Positions 1 to 12,539 of a stretch of DNA of 64,000 nt are shown piece by piece. The translations under genes were made by a program, and so were the position numbers. The DNA comes from Azolla caroliniana (Eukaryota > Plantae > Polypodiophyta): contig JBHGNT010000001.1 in the NCBI GenBank assembly GCA_043228905.1, positions 9,734,001 through 9,798,000 of the forward strand. The letters are read 5' to 3'. Every line of letters starts with the position of its first letter. Within the stretch, counting starts at the first letter, position 1. The notes under the pieces were generated by a model. It had not been told where the DNA came from. It saw only the letters and a list, made by a program, of their open reading frames with translations, and searched no databases.

Positions 1-3000
1 CTAGCCATTTCGAGATGTGGCAAGGAGAGGTTTTAGACTCTCTTTTCTAGTAGGGTCTTGATATTGCTATTGAAGAAGAGAAACCAAAAGAGGTTGGCAT
101 GCGAAACAATTCAATCATGCATGTCCAAAGAGCAGAAACATGCTTTTAAGAATGAGACTTTTGCACACAAATTTTGGAAGACATTGGAGGTCAAATTTCT
201 GGAAAAAAAAAGTGGTCAAAATAAGCTCCTAAATAAGAGATTGTTTCGATTTGACTACAAACCAGGTACTACAATGAATGAACACCTCACTATGTTTAAT
301 CAATTAGTAGCAAACCTGTTGAATTAAGATGTTAAATTTGAGGATGAGGATCTAGGTTTGATGTTGTTATCATCTCTTCCAGATGAATTTGAACATTTGG
401 AAACTATGTTACGTCACAGGAAAGAGAATGTGTCATTAGATGCTATTTGTTCTGCTTTATATAGTCATCAGTCGAGAAAGCAAGATAAGATAATAACCAG
501 ATCAACAACATCAGAAGAAACATCGGTGGCAAGAGGCCATCAGCAAAGCCATACTAAAGGGAAAAGAGGAAGGTCCAAATCAAAAGGCCGAGTCATTGCC
601 AAAGATGAGTGTGCTTTCTGTCATGAGAAAAGACAATGGAGGAAAGATTGTCCGAAGTTGAGAGGAAAATGGAAGAGTCCTAAAGATGCAAATGTTGTAA
701 AATGCAAAAGTGATACTGGTTATGCCTTCAATGTTAGCACATCAAGATGAGTGGATTTTGGATTCAGGTTGTACCTATCATATGTGTCCTATTCGAGAAC
801 GGTTCTTTGAATTTCAGGAAGTTGATGGTCATATTGTTTACATGGGTAATCATAATCCATGTAAAATAGTTGGGATAGGTTTGATCAAGCTGTGCAATCA
901 TGATGGATCCACAAGAATTTTGAGGGATGTGTGGTACGTGCCAAAGTTGAAGAAGAATCTCATCTCATTGGGGGCTCTTGAATATAAGGGCCTACTTGTG
1001 ATGATGCGAGATGGAGTTCTTAAGGCAACATCAAGAGCATTGGTGATGTTGAAAGGCATAAGGAAGAACAATTTGTACTATTACCAAGGTAATACAGTGG
1101 TGGCGACAGTGGCAACAACAACTTCAAGTACCGAGAAAGGCACTGAAGCAACGAAGTTGTGGCATATGTGGTTGGGCATGCTGGTGAAAGTCTTTGCAAA
1201 TTCTTGCCAAGCAAGGATTGTTGAAAGGCATGAAGACTTGCAAACTTGAATTTTGTGAGCATTGTGTTCTGGGGAAGCAACGAAAAGTGAAGTTTAGCAC
1301 TTCAATTCATAATACCAAGGGTATTTTGGATTATGTGCACTTAGATGTGTGGGGACCTGCCAAGACTCCGTCCATTGGAGGTAGGCATTATTTTGTCAAT
1401 TTTGCTAATGATTTTTCCAGGAGAGTTTGGGTGTTTATAATGAAGAACAAGGATGATGTGCTTGGAGTTTTCCTTAAGTGGAAAGCTCAAGTTGAAAACT
1501 AGGGAGAAAGATGAAGGTTCTCCGAACTGACAATGGTGGAAACACTAGTGTGATCCATTTCTAGAAGTATGCCAAGATTGTGGCATAAATCGGCATTTCA
1601 CCATTAGAGGAACACTGCAATAGAATGGGGTGCCAAAGCTTATGAACAAGACACTTGTGGAGAAAGTTCGTTGTATGTTGTCTAACACTGGATTAGGCAA
1701 AAAAATTTGGGTTGACAATATTCTTTGTTTTCAACTGTTGAAGCCATGAGAAGTTGACATAGCTTATCCACTTGTGCCACGTATGCTCAACATCTCGTCA
1801 ATCATTTTCCATCCTCTGCTATAGGTGGCAAAACTCCATTAGCGGTTTGGTCTAGAAAACCTGCAATTGATTATGATACTTTGCATGTTTTTGGTTCTAT
1901 TGCATATTATCATGTGACTGGATCTGAAAACTGGATCCAAAGCGAAGAAGGCTCTTTTCATGGGCTTCAATGCTGGAGTGAAGGGATATCGTTTGTGGTG
2001 TCTTGAGGCAAAGAAGACGATTATCAGTAGAGATGTTACCTTTGATGAATCTGCCATGTTGAACAAGGTAAGTCTAGGAAAACTAGATTATACTACTATA
2101 GGAGGAGGGTAATCTGAAGCAGGTGGAGTTTGAGCAAATAGTGGTGACCCCAAGACCAATGACTCTCCTATGGTAGAAGAAGAGTCAGATGAGGAAGAGG
2201 CTTCGACCCAAGAACCTCTGCAGCAATCAAAACCAATTGCAATAAGAAGACAGAGTCAAGAAATTAAGAAGCCTACTTGTTTCGCCGACATGGTAGCTTA
2301 TGCACTTCTAGTTTGTGATGATAATGTTCCATCCACCTACCAAAAAGCCATTCAGAGCACAAAAAGTGGCAACTGGGCTAGTGCAATGGAAGAAGAGATG
2401 CAATCTCTTAAGAAGAACAAGACGTGGAAGTTAACACAACTACCAAACAGGAGAAAGGCAATTGGGTGCAAATGGGTAGTTGCAAAGAAAGAAGGATTTC
2501 CGAGTAAAGAAGACATTCGCTATAGGGCAAGATTGGTGGTTAAAGGCTATGCTCAGAAGAAGGGAATCGATTATAATGAGGTATTTTCTCCTGTAACATT
2601 CGTCCATTAGAATTTTGTTGGCCTTGGTAGCCCAATTGAATTTGGCACTAGCACAACTTGATGTGAAGACCGCGTTCTTACACAGTGATTTGAAGGAGGA
2701 AATCTATATGACTCAGCCAAAAGGATACAAGGTTGTTGGTAAAGAAGACTGGGTTTGTAAACTTAGCAAATCATTGTACGGACTGAAACAATGTTCGAGA
2801 CAATGGTACAAACTATTTGACAAGTTCATGAAGGGACAGAAGTACATGAGAAGCAAATACGATCATTATGTGTATTTTATGCAATCATCAAGATGGTTCA
2901 TAGATCTACTTACTCTTATTTGTTGATGATATGTTGATTGCAACAAAGAGTGAAGTTGAGATTGATAGGTTGAAGACCCAGATGAGTAAAGAGATCGAGA

Positions 3001-4159
3001 TGAAGGATTTGGGGGAAGCCAAGAAGATTCTTGGCATGGAGATAAGTAGAGATAGAGAGAGGGGCAAACTATGGTTGTTAGAGAAGCAATATTTGAAGAG
3101 GATACTACTACGTTTTGATATGTACGATGATACAAAACCTGTAAGTACTCCAGTTGCACCTCATTTGAAACTGAGTAGCCGATTATCTCCAACAATTGAT
3201 GAAGAGAAAGAATACATGCAGTTGGAAGCTTGATGTATACAATGGTGGGTCATTGGCAAGCTGTGAAATGGATTCTATGGTATCTTCAAAATACCGTGGA
3301 TGTTGGATTGACATTTGAACAAGATAAATCACTTGGTAAATGCATAGTTGGATATTGTGATTTTGATTATGCATGTGATTTGGATAAGCGGCGATCTACA
3401 ACTAGCTATTTGTTCACTTTGACAAAGGCGCCAGTTAGTTGGAAGTCTACTTTGCAATCAACAATGGCTTTGTCTACAACAGAGGTAGAGTAAGGTTGTG
3501 AAAGAGGCGATTTGGCTTCCTAGGTTGCTTAAAGGCTTGGGAGTTGATCAGAAACAATTTTATGTGTATTCTGACAGCCAAAGTGCTATTCATTTAGCAA
3601 AGAACCAAGTCTTTCACGCACAGACAAAGCACATTGATGTTCGCTATCATTTTGTGCAAGAAATTCTTGAAGAGGAGGAGATACTTCACTAGAAGATTCA
3701 TACTAAAGAGAATCCTACAAATATGCTAACCAAGGTGGTTACAAGGGCCAAGTTTGAACATTGTTTAGACTTGGTTAATATCCCGCACATTTAAAGTTGG
3801 CGCCTCACGGCGCAGATTTGAAAGCACATTGTTTTATTATTTGTTTGTTTGAGAATATTTGTATTTGAAAGGATAAGAGATTGTGCCATGGTGGAGATTT
3901 GTTACCTTTTTGGCCTATTCTTTATCCCACATCGGAAATGCAGGATTTGGAAATTATAAATAAGCACCTCTTCCTCTCAGTATTCTTCTCTTTCAATTTT
4001 AATAGAGTAGTCTGCTTTGGAGGACGTAGGCTTAATTGGCCGAACCTCGGTAAATTCTTGTTTGTTTTCTCTTTCCTTCTTACTCTATCTAATATCTTTA
4101 TTCTTGGTTATATGTTGTTATTTTGGCACTTCCACAAGTCGTATTATTAATCGATAACA
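1..4159 (+). mobile_element. Degenerate Ty1/copia LTR retrotransposon (Tnt1/Tork-like); 5' end lies outside the window
   Basis: Frameshifted ORFs in copia order: gag (LLSSLPDEF; zinc-knuckle remnant CAFCHEKRQWRKDC), protease (WILDSGCTYHM), GAG-pre-integrase (KLWH), integrase (CEHCVLGKQ, HLDVWGP), RT (CKWV, RARLVVKGYAQ, LDVKTAFL, LYGLKQ), RNase H (GYCDFDY, KRRSTT, SDSQSAI, KHIDVRYHF). Followed by PPT-like GGTGGAGATT and a 3' LTR. Confidence 0.95.
3900..4159 (+). repeat. 3' LTR of the copia element
   Basis: Begins TGTTA directly after the PPT-like tract and ends TAACA (5-bp terminal inverted repeat). Contains TCCCACATCGG, TATAAATA and GGACGTAGG...GCCGAACC motifs typical of Tnt1/Tork-type LTRs. 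Confidence 0.7.
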
Positions 4160-4697
4160 TAAAGAGTAGACGCAAAAGAAATGATAGTTTGGGGTGTGTG
4201 CAGATTGGGGTATGAATCATGATTATCACAGCGTCTGTAGATTGGCGGCATGCGACATGAGTAGGTTCCCCATGAGTGCTTCAACTAGATGTATAAATCT
4301 TTGAAATGACATTAAAAAGGAAGTACCAAATGGATCATGAGGTGCTCTTAAGGATTGAATGTTACAGAATGTGATGATATGATGGTGGGTTGGTGTTCAT
4401 GTCAATAAGTCTATACATTGTTGGTCAGATTTTGCAATTTGTCACATCACTTTGGTTCGTTCGCCATCGTTTTTTACTTTGGTAATCAATTCTCGAGTGC
4501 CAACAAAACTTCTTGCCCCATCTTGTTCAAGGCTAGAGTTTTGAAGGTTCTTATGGTGACTCAAGTTCAATCTCAAATATACAATACAACCTCACCATTT
4601 TGTCATTAATCCGTCTACAACTTTCTTTTAACTTTTGCTAGAGAATTGTCGTCACATTGACCATAATGTGGTTACATTTGTACTATATTGTTTTCAC

Positions 4698-4960
4698 GGG
4701 TATAAAACACTCATCCTTGTGGCTGGGGGCATAGGTGTCATTCCCGCCCTTGCCATTCTTTTATTTAAAGATATCAAACACACATCCATAACTCCTCCAA
4801 GCCCAATCACACTTTATCACAACATTCGAAAGGAAGCTTGAGGACCTACAAATACTTGATAATGTATTTCCTGGCCACATACTTCCCGGATATGACACAT
4901 TAGGATTGAGCATCCAAGCCCATGTTTACATAAGCTCAAAGGACATGGAAGATTATTATG
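4698..4960 (+). pseudogene. Ferric reduction oxidase (FRO)-like NAD(P)H-binding exon remnant
   Basis: Reads YKTLILVAGGIGVIPALAILL..DIKH...ITLYHNIRK, then after a frameshift LEDLQILDNVFPGHILPGYDTLGLSIQAHVY. This matches the LVAGGxGITPF.../IEAFITRE layout of the plant FRO NAD-binding domain. No other FRO exons were recognised. Confidence 0.6.
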
Positions 4961-5857
4961 CATTGCATCATGATTTGGATCCCAATGGTCAAGTCTTGAG
5001 CATATCGTGGTTTAGGCCCGCTCGTCCTCCCTCACAACCATTTATATTGCACCCGTCTCGTGATCTTAACTTAGTACCACCTCGATCACCTAAGTCTCGG
5101 TGAATATAAGTCTCCAAATGCGGGTGTGATCTTTCATTATCACATTGTAATCTTTTGCCTTTAGCTCACTTAGCTAGATTTCCTCAGGACTAATTATCCA
5201 CTATAAATAGGTCAAATTGTGTTGTTCTCTAACTAGAATAATGACTCACATCATGATGTATACATGTGTTCGAATAAGGTTCATAAACTATCAAAGCCAA
5301 TACACGTATTTTCACCCATTACATATACGAATGAAAGGAAAGCCTCTCTTGGTTTACCTCTACTATAGAGTTCCAATTGAGTTTTTATCACAAAAGATAA
5401 TTTAGCATCAAAACAATTGTATTATAGTCAACAATAGGAATTCCCTCGACCTCTCTTGTACGACGTAGGATGAGTTTGATTGTGTTAAAAGAAAACTTAA
5501 TATGTGTTTCAATAGTAAATTATGTGCTAAATTCAATAAAAATTTGACCACAAATTTATTCAAACACTAACAAGGATCAAGTACACAAAAATATTACATG
5601 TTATAACACAAATTGCATGTGTTTACTTATATATTCCATTATACTTGCGATTTTAGATGTCTCCTAAAGGTTCCTTATCATTTACAGTGTGTGTTATTGA
5701 CATCATGAAGGTTAGAACATCTTGATATGTGGTTTGGTTTTTTATCTTTAATAATTCAACATGTGTAATACATCTTCGCATTAGCATTGTTTTGCAACAT
5801 CTAGAAGCACACCACTAAGAGGTGCAAACGCAACTAACAATCATCCACCCATAGCAG

Positions 5858-6293
5858 TGTTATAATGGTACTTAAAGGGGTTAGTAAATGATTTTTGTAG
5901 AATACAAAAAACTAGGCAAACTGGCAAGATAGTGATGATACACACATACACACACACAATCACAATAATCAACAAAGGTAGAGAGAGATGGAATAAAATA
6001 GGAGATAGGATGTTGAGAGTAGTGACAAACCTACAACGTTATGACTCAAAACTATTTCACTATAAAACTCCATGATACAAAGACATCATACTTCTCAAAA
6101 GTCCTAGATTATGTCCTTTTATAATCACATGTGATGGGTCCACATTGACTGATCTAGCCAAGTGCCCTTTTCACTGAATGTGTAGTAATTACCACCATCT
6201 CCCATGTAAGGCCAACCACATGACCAGAGAAGGTAACCAACTATATAATTGTGCCTATTGGTTGTCTATATCTACCTCATGAGTGTGTTAACA
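5858..6293 (-). mobile_element. Probable LTR remnant
   Basis: TGTTA...TAACA termini, minus-strand TATA (TTTTATAA) and a purine tract (AGGAAAAGAA on minus) adjoining the right end. No TSD found. Confidence 0.35.
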
Positions 6294-9200
6294 TTCTTTT
6301 CCTACAAAGATATGTAAGTTACCATTATTATAGAGATTATAAGGTTAAAGTTGCTCATGGGTAGAGTTTTTATTAGAGGATGCAGAGAGCTATCTAACAT
6401 ATTGAATAGAATCATAAAATAATTTTGTCGTGATGGGTTAATGAGGGGGAAATCATGAGTATAGATAAGCCACATGAATCCCCTAATGGTTTGAATTGGT
6501 GCATGCTCCACGGGGTCATGGATTTGAGTCTCCACATGACATGTCATGGTAATGGTTTGAAATTAGTGCCATGCTCCACGAGGTCATAGATTTGAGTCTA
6601 CACATGACATGACATGGTAATCATGACACTAATAGTGACTTAACTATACAACCAAGGAATAGTGGAGCACAACAAACATCAATCTCAAACGAAGATTGAA
6701 TAAATGAACCCAAGTTAGTCATGCAACTTTGTGACTTGGTAGACGATCAAGATAATCTAATAGTTTCTATAAGGCATCTCTACAAAGTGGTTGACATCAA
6801 GAGAAAAAGACACCAAACAAACGTGCACAATGCACATCAAACTATTATAAGTATTTCTTTCATAAAGCCAAATAGAAGTTACTTTCAAAAAAGCAAGAAG
6901 AAAGAGAGGAAACACAAATTACCTATACTGGTGAATCTTGATTTTCTTACATTGCAATTGCAAACACTTTGCCAAAAGAGTTAAATCTCCAACCCTTCTC
7001 ATACTTCTTTCCCTTCTATGCATGCACAAGTTATGGACTCAAGTGTACTCTTGATTACCCCTCAACATTCTAAAACAACAAGTGAAAAGGTTCCAAGTTC
7101 AAATCCTCATAGCTCACAATATTACAAAATCATTACCTTTAAGGAAAAGATAAAATTGAGGTTCACACCAAAAACTCTACATCACATTATACATATCATG
7201 TGGAAATTGGAGAGAATACCCTTAAGCTATGCTATAGATAGCATTAACTCTACATCACATATAATTTGGAAACAGCAGGAAATACTTTTAAACTATGCTA
7301 TAGATAGCATGGATGAATTATGGGTTTACTGGAATTTTGCCTCATTCTCCTTGAGTCTTATCCGATGTAGAGAGAGGTGGTAAGGTAAAATATTTCATTT
7401 TCAAATTTAGAACACCAACTAGTACCATGTACCATCTACTTAAAAGGGTTAAGGGTCTTATCGAATGTGGAGATGTGGGCCGTGGCGAGGTGAAAGATAT
7501 CATTTTCAAATTTAGAACTCGAAATAGTAATGTGTACCGCGTAAAAGGTGTGTTCGTCAAGGATTAAGAGCTAACACATGTGAAATCACTTGATTGGCAC
7601 AAAATGTCATACTTTATAATAGCCTATCTCAATTTCTCCTCATCAAAGTTGTCCAATGAACCTATGAAAATATGTACAATATATATCTATGTGTGTGTGT
7701 GGGGGGGGGGGGGGGGGGGGGCATTCTGGTTATGAAATATGACATTCTTATAGAGTGGAGAAGAGCTTATGACAAAATCACTAGGGATGTACCCCAAACA
7801 TAATGGTTAACATTACAAGATGCAAGAGGAAATGCGCACAAAAAAATGATTATTGCTTTATGAACTCAAATGAGATTCAAAAATGTAATCAAGTGGAACC
7901 TTCGTTCAAATATCCACATAATCTAAATTATTTTTAAGAGCAAGAGTACATAGAGTGAGTAGCACTTACGAATCACGATGTTGTCATGACGGCTATACAG
8001 ATATCATATGAATATGGTGTTTACCAACTTTTGCATTAGGCAGGAAAGAGGCGTTCCACCTAAAATGTTCTAATAAAATATCATTTTTCCTAATAATGCC
8101 ACATTACACAAGAAAGAGGGGGCTCCATCAAGAATATTGCAAAATGTCTGCTTTTTCTTATGCATAGCATTGTCAAATCACAAACTCGTCATCGAGTTTG
8201 ACAGAATAGCCGAGTGAGGAGGGTTTGGCCATTCACAAGAATGGGAATCAAACAAATGACGTCGAAGATTGTAATGAGATTATATTGCACATGACCCAAA
8301 TGATGAAGATAATGACTTATGTTTCTCAAGAATTCAGCTATCGATATCGACTCTAAATATGAATGGAATCATGTGTTAAGAATTTAACAAGTTTGTTATT
8401 ATATATTTTAGCATAGTGAATTACTACAGCTTTGTGAGTATCCAACAATCACAAGGTTGAGCCCACCACTTCTTTGTTTAGTTTTTTTGGATCCTCACAA
8501 AAGCTTTCTACGTCCTTTACAGAAACTTGTTGCGTACTGAAAACACTTGCGAAAGTTTGTTGTATAAAAATGTCAACATTTCGGATACACGCATACAGTC
8601 ATCTACGAGTGGACGGCTTGCTCTCCTCTATTCATCCTCTAGGGAGGAGCAAGATCAAGCAAAGACCAAGATAAGTTAGGCTGAAGGTCACATTAGAGAT
8701 CAAGTATGTACATGGAACAAAATCGATCAAGGTCAAGTATGGGTTAACCTAGGTCAAGGGTCAATCAAGAATTCCTAATGACATGTCAATGTCAATGTCA
8801 ATGTTGTCGAAGCACTATTCCCTAGGTTGTGATGGAGAAGAACGAGAACAAGGGTGGAGGATCCCCGTTTGTTACAAGAAAAGGCCGATAGTTAGATGGA
8901 CATAAGGAGCAATGGGCAGGTGTGAATGCAAAAAAGTGTGTTACAAAGGAAGTAAGGAGGAAAGGACGAAGCTTAATATGAATGAAAGCACCACCACCAA
9001 CACAAGAGCTCTCTAGTTAGTGGAGGGGGAGGGGGGTGTTTAAATTGAAGCCAAAGATGAGACATTACCCAAACTTAGCATTATTCATATATATGTAACC
9101 ACTCAAAGTGGCAAAAGTAAAAACGGTTATGAAATCTAACTCTTTTTGCTTCCTTTCCTCCACATTGAATGATGATGATGATGTTGATCCCTCTCCTTCT

Positions 9201-9296
9201 TTATGATAGAATCCATTAAAATTGGGGCAAAAAAGCTCACATGGTGAGACTCTTGTTAATGATGATGATGATGATGACCAGATAAAAATCGTATGT

Positions 9297-9338
<42 letters not shown>

Positions 9339-9475
9339 GTCTAGTTTAGACATCCATCCATCCATATACAACAAGCATTTGTGATAAATAACATTGTAAA
9401 AAATGATGCTGATCATGGACATGATGATAATTAACATAGAATGCTATCTCTTCTTGTGGTTAGCTGCTATTGTCG

Positions 9476-11761
9476 TTAGCCGCATTGCCATGCCGAGGCG
9501 GCAATGAGGGGCCTACTATGCCAACCCAATGTCAAACAACCATTGTTCTCCTCCACTGTATAACCCTCCCCGGAAAACAGCGTTAGCAACATGCTAGCTT
9601 GCTTGAAAGCATCCGATCCGAGATGTGATGGCCGGAAACCCGAATTCAACATCCTTTGCCTCCATGCCTCGAGCGGCTCGTGCCTCTCCACCCTCATCAC
9701 ACCTTCACATGCAACTATGTTCATTATCTCTCGCCCTAGGTACTCCTCGGTATAGGCCAACTCCCGGCATTGTGGCGGCAACCCACATGCTTCCAATGAA
9801 TCGAACATTGTGCAGTAGTAGTGTAATGCCTCGACGAACCGATTCAAGAATCGGGGGTCGTTATGCCTCGCTTCTTGCTCCACCATTGTCACCACTTTTG
9901 GGTTGAATGCCTTGATGGATTGTAGGACCTCATCTATTGGAGCTATGTTATTGGAAACACCATTGCTGCTGCTACTACTACTACTACCACCCCCACCTGT
10001 AGATGTTTCACCATTGAGAAGCCTATGGAGTTGAAGAATCGAATTCACGGCAACTGCCTCCCCTTCTTTAACCTCAAGCATCGTCGGTTTCACATCATTG
10101 AGCTTGGTGGCAATGACACCTCGGAACGAGAACTCAACATTTACCGAAGATGCGAGGCGAGCTAGTTTCACACCGATCTCTCGAAGCACATCTTTGTTGT
10201 CGACTTGCGGTAGGCCTATCCCAGTTATACGTAAATGCGGAGGCCCACCAGGCCTCAATGCGAGTGCTTGAATGAGAGCCGGCCATTGCAAACCTTGCAT
10301 TAAGTTGAAATCAATGACATGGACAAATTTATGGCCTTGGAAAGCTTCTAAAATGGCTTGGTTGGCGGTGAAGTGTGCGAATTTGAGGTAAGGGCAAATC
10401 TCGTAGAAGTGGAAGTAGAGCATTTCCGAGAAGCTGTCGGCATGGGAGAGGAGGACCGACCATTCGGGCGTGTTCACACCGCACGCACGCCGGGCCAGGG
10501 CATCCACGAAGAAATTCGCAACCTTGCCGATCACCCCGTGCTGCAAGGCGGCGAGCCCCGTGATCTCGCGGGCAACGGTGAGGGCAAGTGTGAACTCGTT
10601 GTTCTGTACACACTCGGCACATGCCATGAGCAAGTGGATGAGCCGAATCCCCGACTCTTGTGCCGCATGCTCATGTTGGTGGTGGTGGTGGTGGGGCTCT
10701 TGGTGTGGGGGGTCATGGCAACTTCCCTTAGGGTTTAGGTTTAGCACACTTCCTCCTTCATCTATTCCAATAGTATTCCCATAAAATGGTATCATCGGAT
10801 TAGGGCTACTGCTTATACTAGGGTTAGCATTCAGAATATCTGTGGTGTCCATGCCTTCAGCCATCATCAATGGTTGAGGATTTGGAAAGGATTCATAGGG
10901 TGGGCTTCCATAGCTACAATGGGAAGATGGCATGCTTGTAGTGGTACACACTTGTTCTTGGTGTTGGGGGGCATGAAAACCACTGTTTGGAAGCATACTT
11001 TCTTGATCAAACCCAATTCCACTAGGATTAAGAAAAGCTATTGCATTGAAGGCACCATCTCCTTGATTAGTTGTGGTAGTAGTAGAAGTAGTGGTAGTAG
11101 CAGCAGCAGCAGCAGCTTTAGAAGAAGATGAAGATGAAGATGAAGATGAAGATGAAGTTTGATCTTCTATGAGGCTCTTGTGATTGTAAGTAGCCTCCAA
11201 ATCTGAACTAATCTCATCAAGCAAAAGCATACCTGAACATAACAAATCTTTCCCAATATAGCCACCCATGTTGAAAACAGGGGAAGCAGAATCATGGCAG
11301 TTTATTGACTCTTTGGGATTAGAAGGAAAGCCATGATTGTTATTAGGAGCGGTAGTGGTGATGGTAGTCTTACTTGGATTGTTGAGGATTAAGCTTCCAT
11401 GGCTTCTACCTTCACCCTCCTCCTCTTCATTTTCTTCTTCTCCTTCATCATCATCTTCTTCTTCTTCGTCTTCTGCTTCTTCTTGCTCTGCGGATGGACC
11501 AAGCTCTTGAATCATGCACTCAATCCAGGCTGCCATATCTGAAGGGTTACAATGATTCACACTTTCAGTGGTGGTAGAGAGGAAGTGAGAGGATAGGGTT
11601 GCATCATGAGGGGAGGAGTAATTAGAAACAACCGATTCGAGCTGTTCTAATCTCTGAGCGACATGAGCTAGCTCTGAAACCCTAACAGAGTAGCCAGCAT
11701 TTGCGAGCAGCGTATCCATATCCATATTCATGTCCATGTCAGAGGAGGAGGAGGTGGCCAT
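9476..11761 (-). CDS. DELLA: DELLA-subfamily GRAS transcriptional regulator (~761 aa, intronless)
   Basis: N-terminal DTLLANAGYSVR..ELAHVAQRLEQLE (DELLA/LExLE) and VNHCNPSDMAAWIECMIQEL (TVHYNP). Complete GRAS domain: RLIHLLMACAE, CPYLKFAHFTANQAILEAF, VHVIDF, QWPALIQALALRPGGPP, RFVEALHYY, RVERHE, GWHSRPLIAASAW. Start placed at the ATG after the (CT)n 5'UTR tract rather than at 11854. Confidence 0.95.
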   Translation of the reverse strand: MATSSSSDMDMNMDMDTLLANAGYSVRVSELAHVAQRLEQLESVVSNYSSPHDATLSSHFLSTTTESVNHCNPSDMAAWIECMIQELGPSAEQEEAEDEEEEDDDEGEEENEEEEGEGRSHGSLILNNPSKTTITTTAPNNNHGFPSNPKESINCHDSASPVFNMGGYIGKDLLCSGMLLLDEISSDLEATYNHKSLIEDQTSSSSSSSSSSSSKAAAAAATTTTSTTTTTNQGDGAFNAIAFLNPSGIGFDQESMLPNSGFHAPQHQEQVCTTTSMPSSHCSYGSPPYESFPNPQPLMMAEGMDTTDILNANPSISSSPNPMIPFYGNTIGIDEGGSVLNLNPKGSCHDPPHQEPHHHHHQHEHAAQESGIRLIHLLMACAECVQNNEFTLALTVAREITGLAALQHGVIGKVANFFVDALARRACGVNTPEWSVLLSHADSFSEMLYFHFYEICPYLKFAHFTANQAILEAFQGHKFVHVIDFNLMQGLQWPALIQALALRPGGPPHLRITGIGLPQVDNKDVLREIGVKLARLASSVNVEFSFRGVIATKLNDVKPTMLEVKEGEAVAVNSILQLHRLLNGETSTGGGGSSSSSSSNGVSNNIAPIDEVLQSIKAFNPKVVTMVEQEARHNDPRFLNRFVEALHYYCTMFDSLEACGLPPQCRELAYTEEYLGREIMNIVACEGVMRVERHEPLEAWRQRMLNSGFRPSHLGSDAFKQASMLLTLFSGEGYTVEENNGCLTLGWHSRPLIAASAWQCG

Positions 11762-11806
<45 letters not shown>

Positions 11807-12347
11807 AAACAGAAATCTGTGGATTGGGGGGAGCAGGAGGTAATAATATAGCAATGGTTATGGAAGGAAGAGCAGATGTAATACATATAATATCAATATG
11901 TATAGAAAAAGATTGAAGACTGATGGATGGATGGATGGATGGATGTATGCTGCCTCTCGGAGAGGTAAAAAAAAAGCAATCAATAAAGCAATAAAAAAGC
12001 AGAAAGCAGAAAGCAGAAAGCAGCGAGAAGGGAAATTCTTGCTTTGTGTGTAAAAAATAAATAAAAGGATGAAAGAAAAAAATTAATTAAATTAAATTTT
12101 TTTGTACACACGCAGAGGTGCATCATCACGTGCCTAGAGAGAGAGAGACAGAGAGACAGAGGCACCCAGAGAGAGAAAGCAGAGAGAATAAATCAAAATA
12201 AAATAATTAATCATAATATTTTTAATAAAATAATAATAATCAGAAAAGCTAGAGAGAATGTAAAATGAAGCGAATCGAGGAAACACAAATAAACTAAAAG
12301 AAAACAAATGTTGAGAGAAGTAAATAAAAGAAATTAGTCAAGAAGAG

Positions 12348-12394
12348 AGAGGAAAATAATCAGAGGTGGGGCCCACCTCTGATTATTTTCCTCT
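12348..12394. promoter_or_regulatory. Perfect 23-bp inverted repeat centred on GTGGGGCCCAC (TCP-type site)
   Basis: AGAGGAAAATAATCAGAGGTGGG-G-CCCACCTCTGATTATTTTCCTCT, about 600 bp upstream of the DELLA ATG. The palindrome is directly visible; the regulatory role is inferred. Confidence 0.6.
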
Positions 12395-12539
12395 TTTCTT
12401 TTCTTTTTCCCCTTTTTTTTTAATCTTTTTGTTATTGTTTTTATTTAAATGGGAGTCCTTTTCCTCCTTTTAGGAGGGGGAGGAATAAAAAAGTTAAAAA
12501 GAGTAATGTCCTGTTTCACATGTGTATGACATGTTAATG

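Noticed and set aside
6495-7560. Short two-copy direct repeats (about 68-120 bp), also near 24055-24250 and 53735-53910; CRISPR-like array considered
   Set aside because: Only two diverged adjacent copies each, with no unique spacers and no cas genes. These are ordinary local duplications in plant DNA.
11762-11854. N-terminal extension of the DELLA ORF (MLYYY...SLSLSL)
   Set aside because: It translates a (CT)n 5'UTR microsatellite. The downstream ATG at 11761 precedes the conserved motifs.
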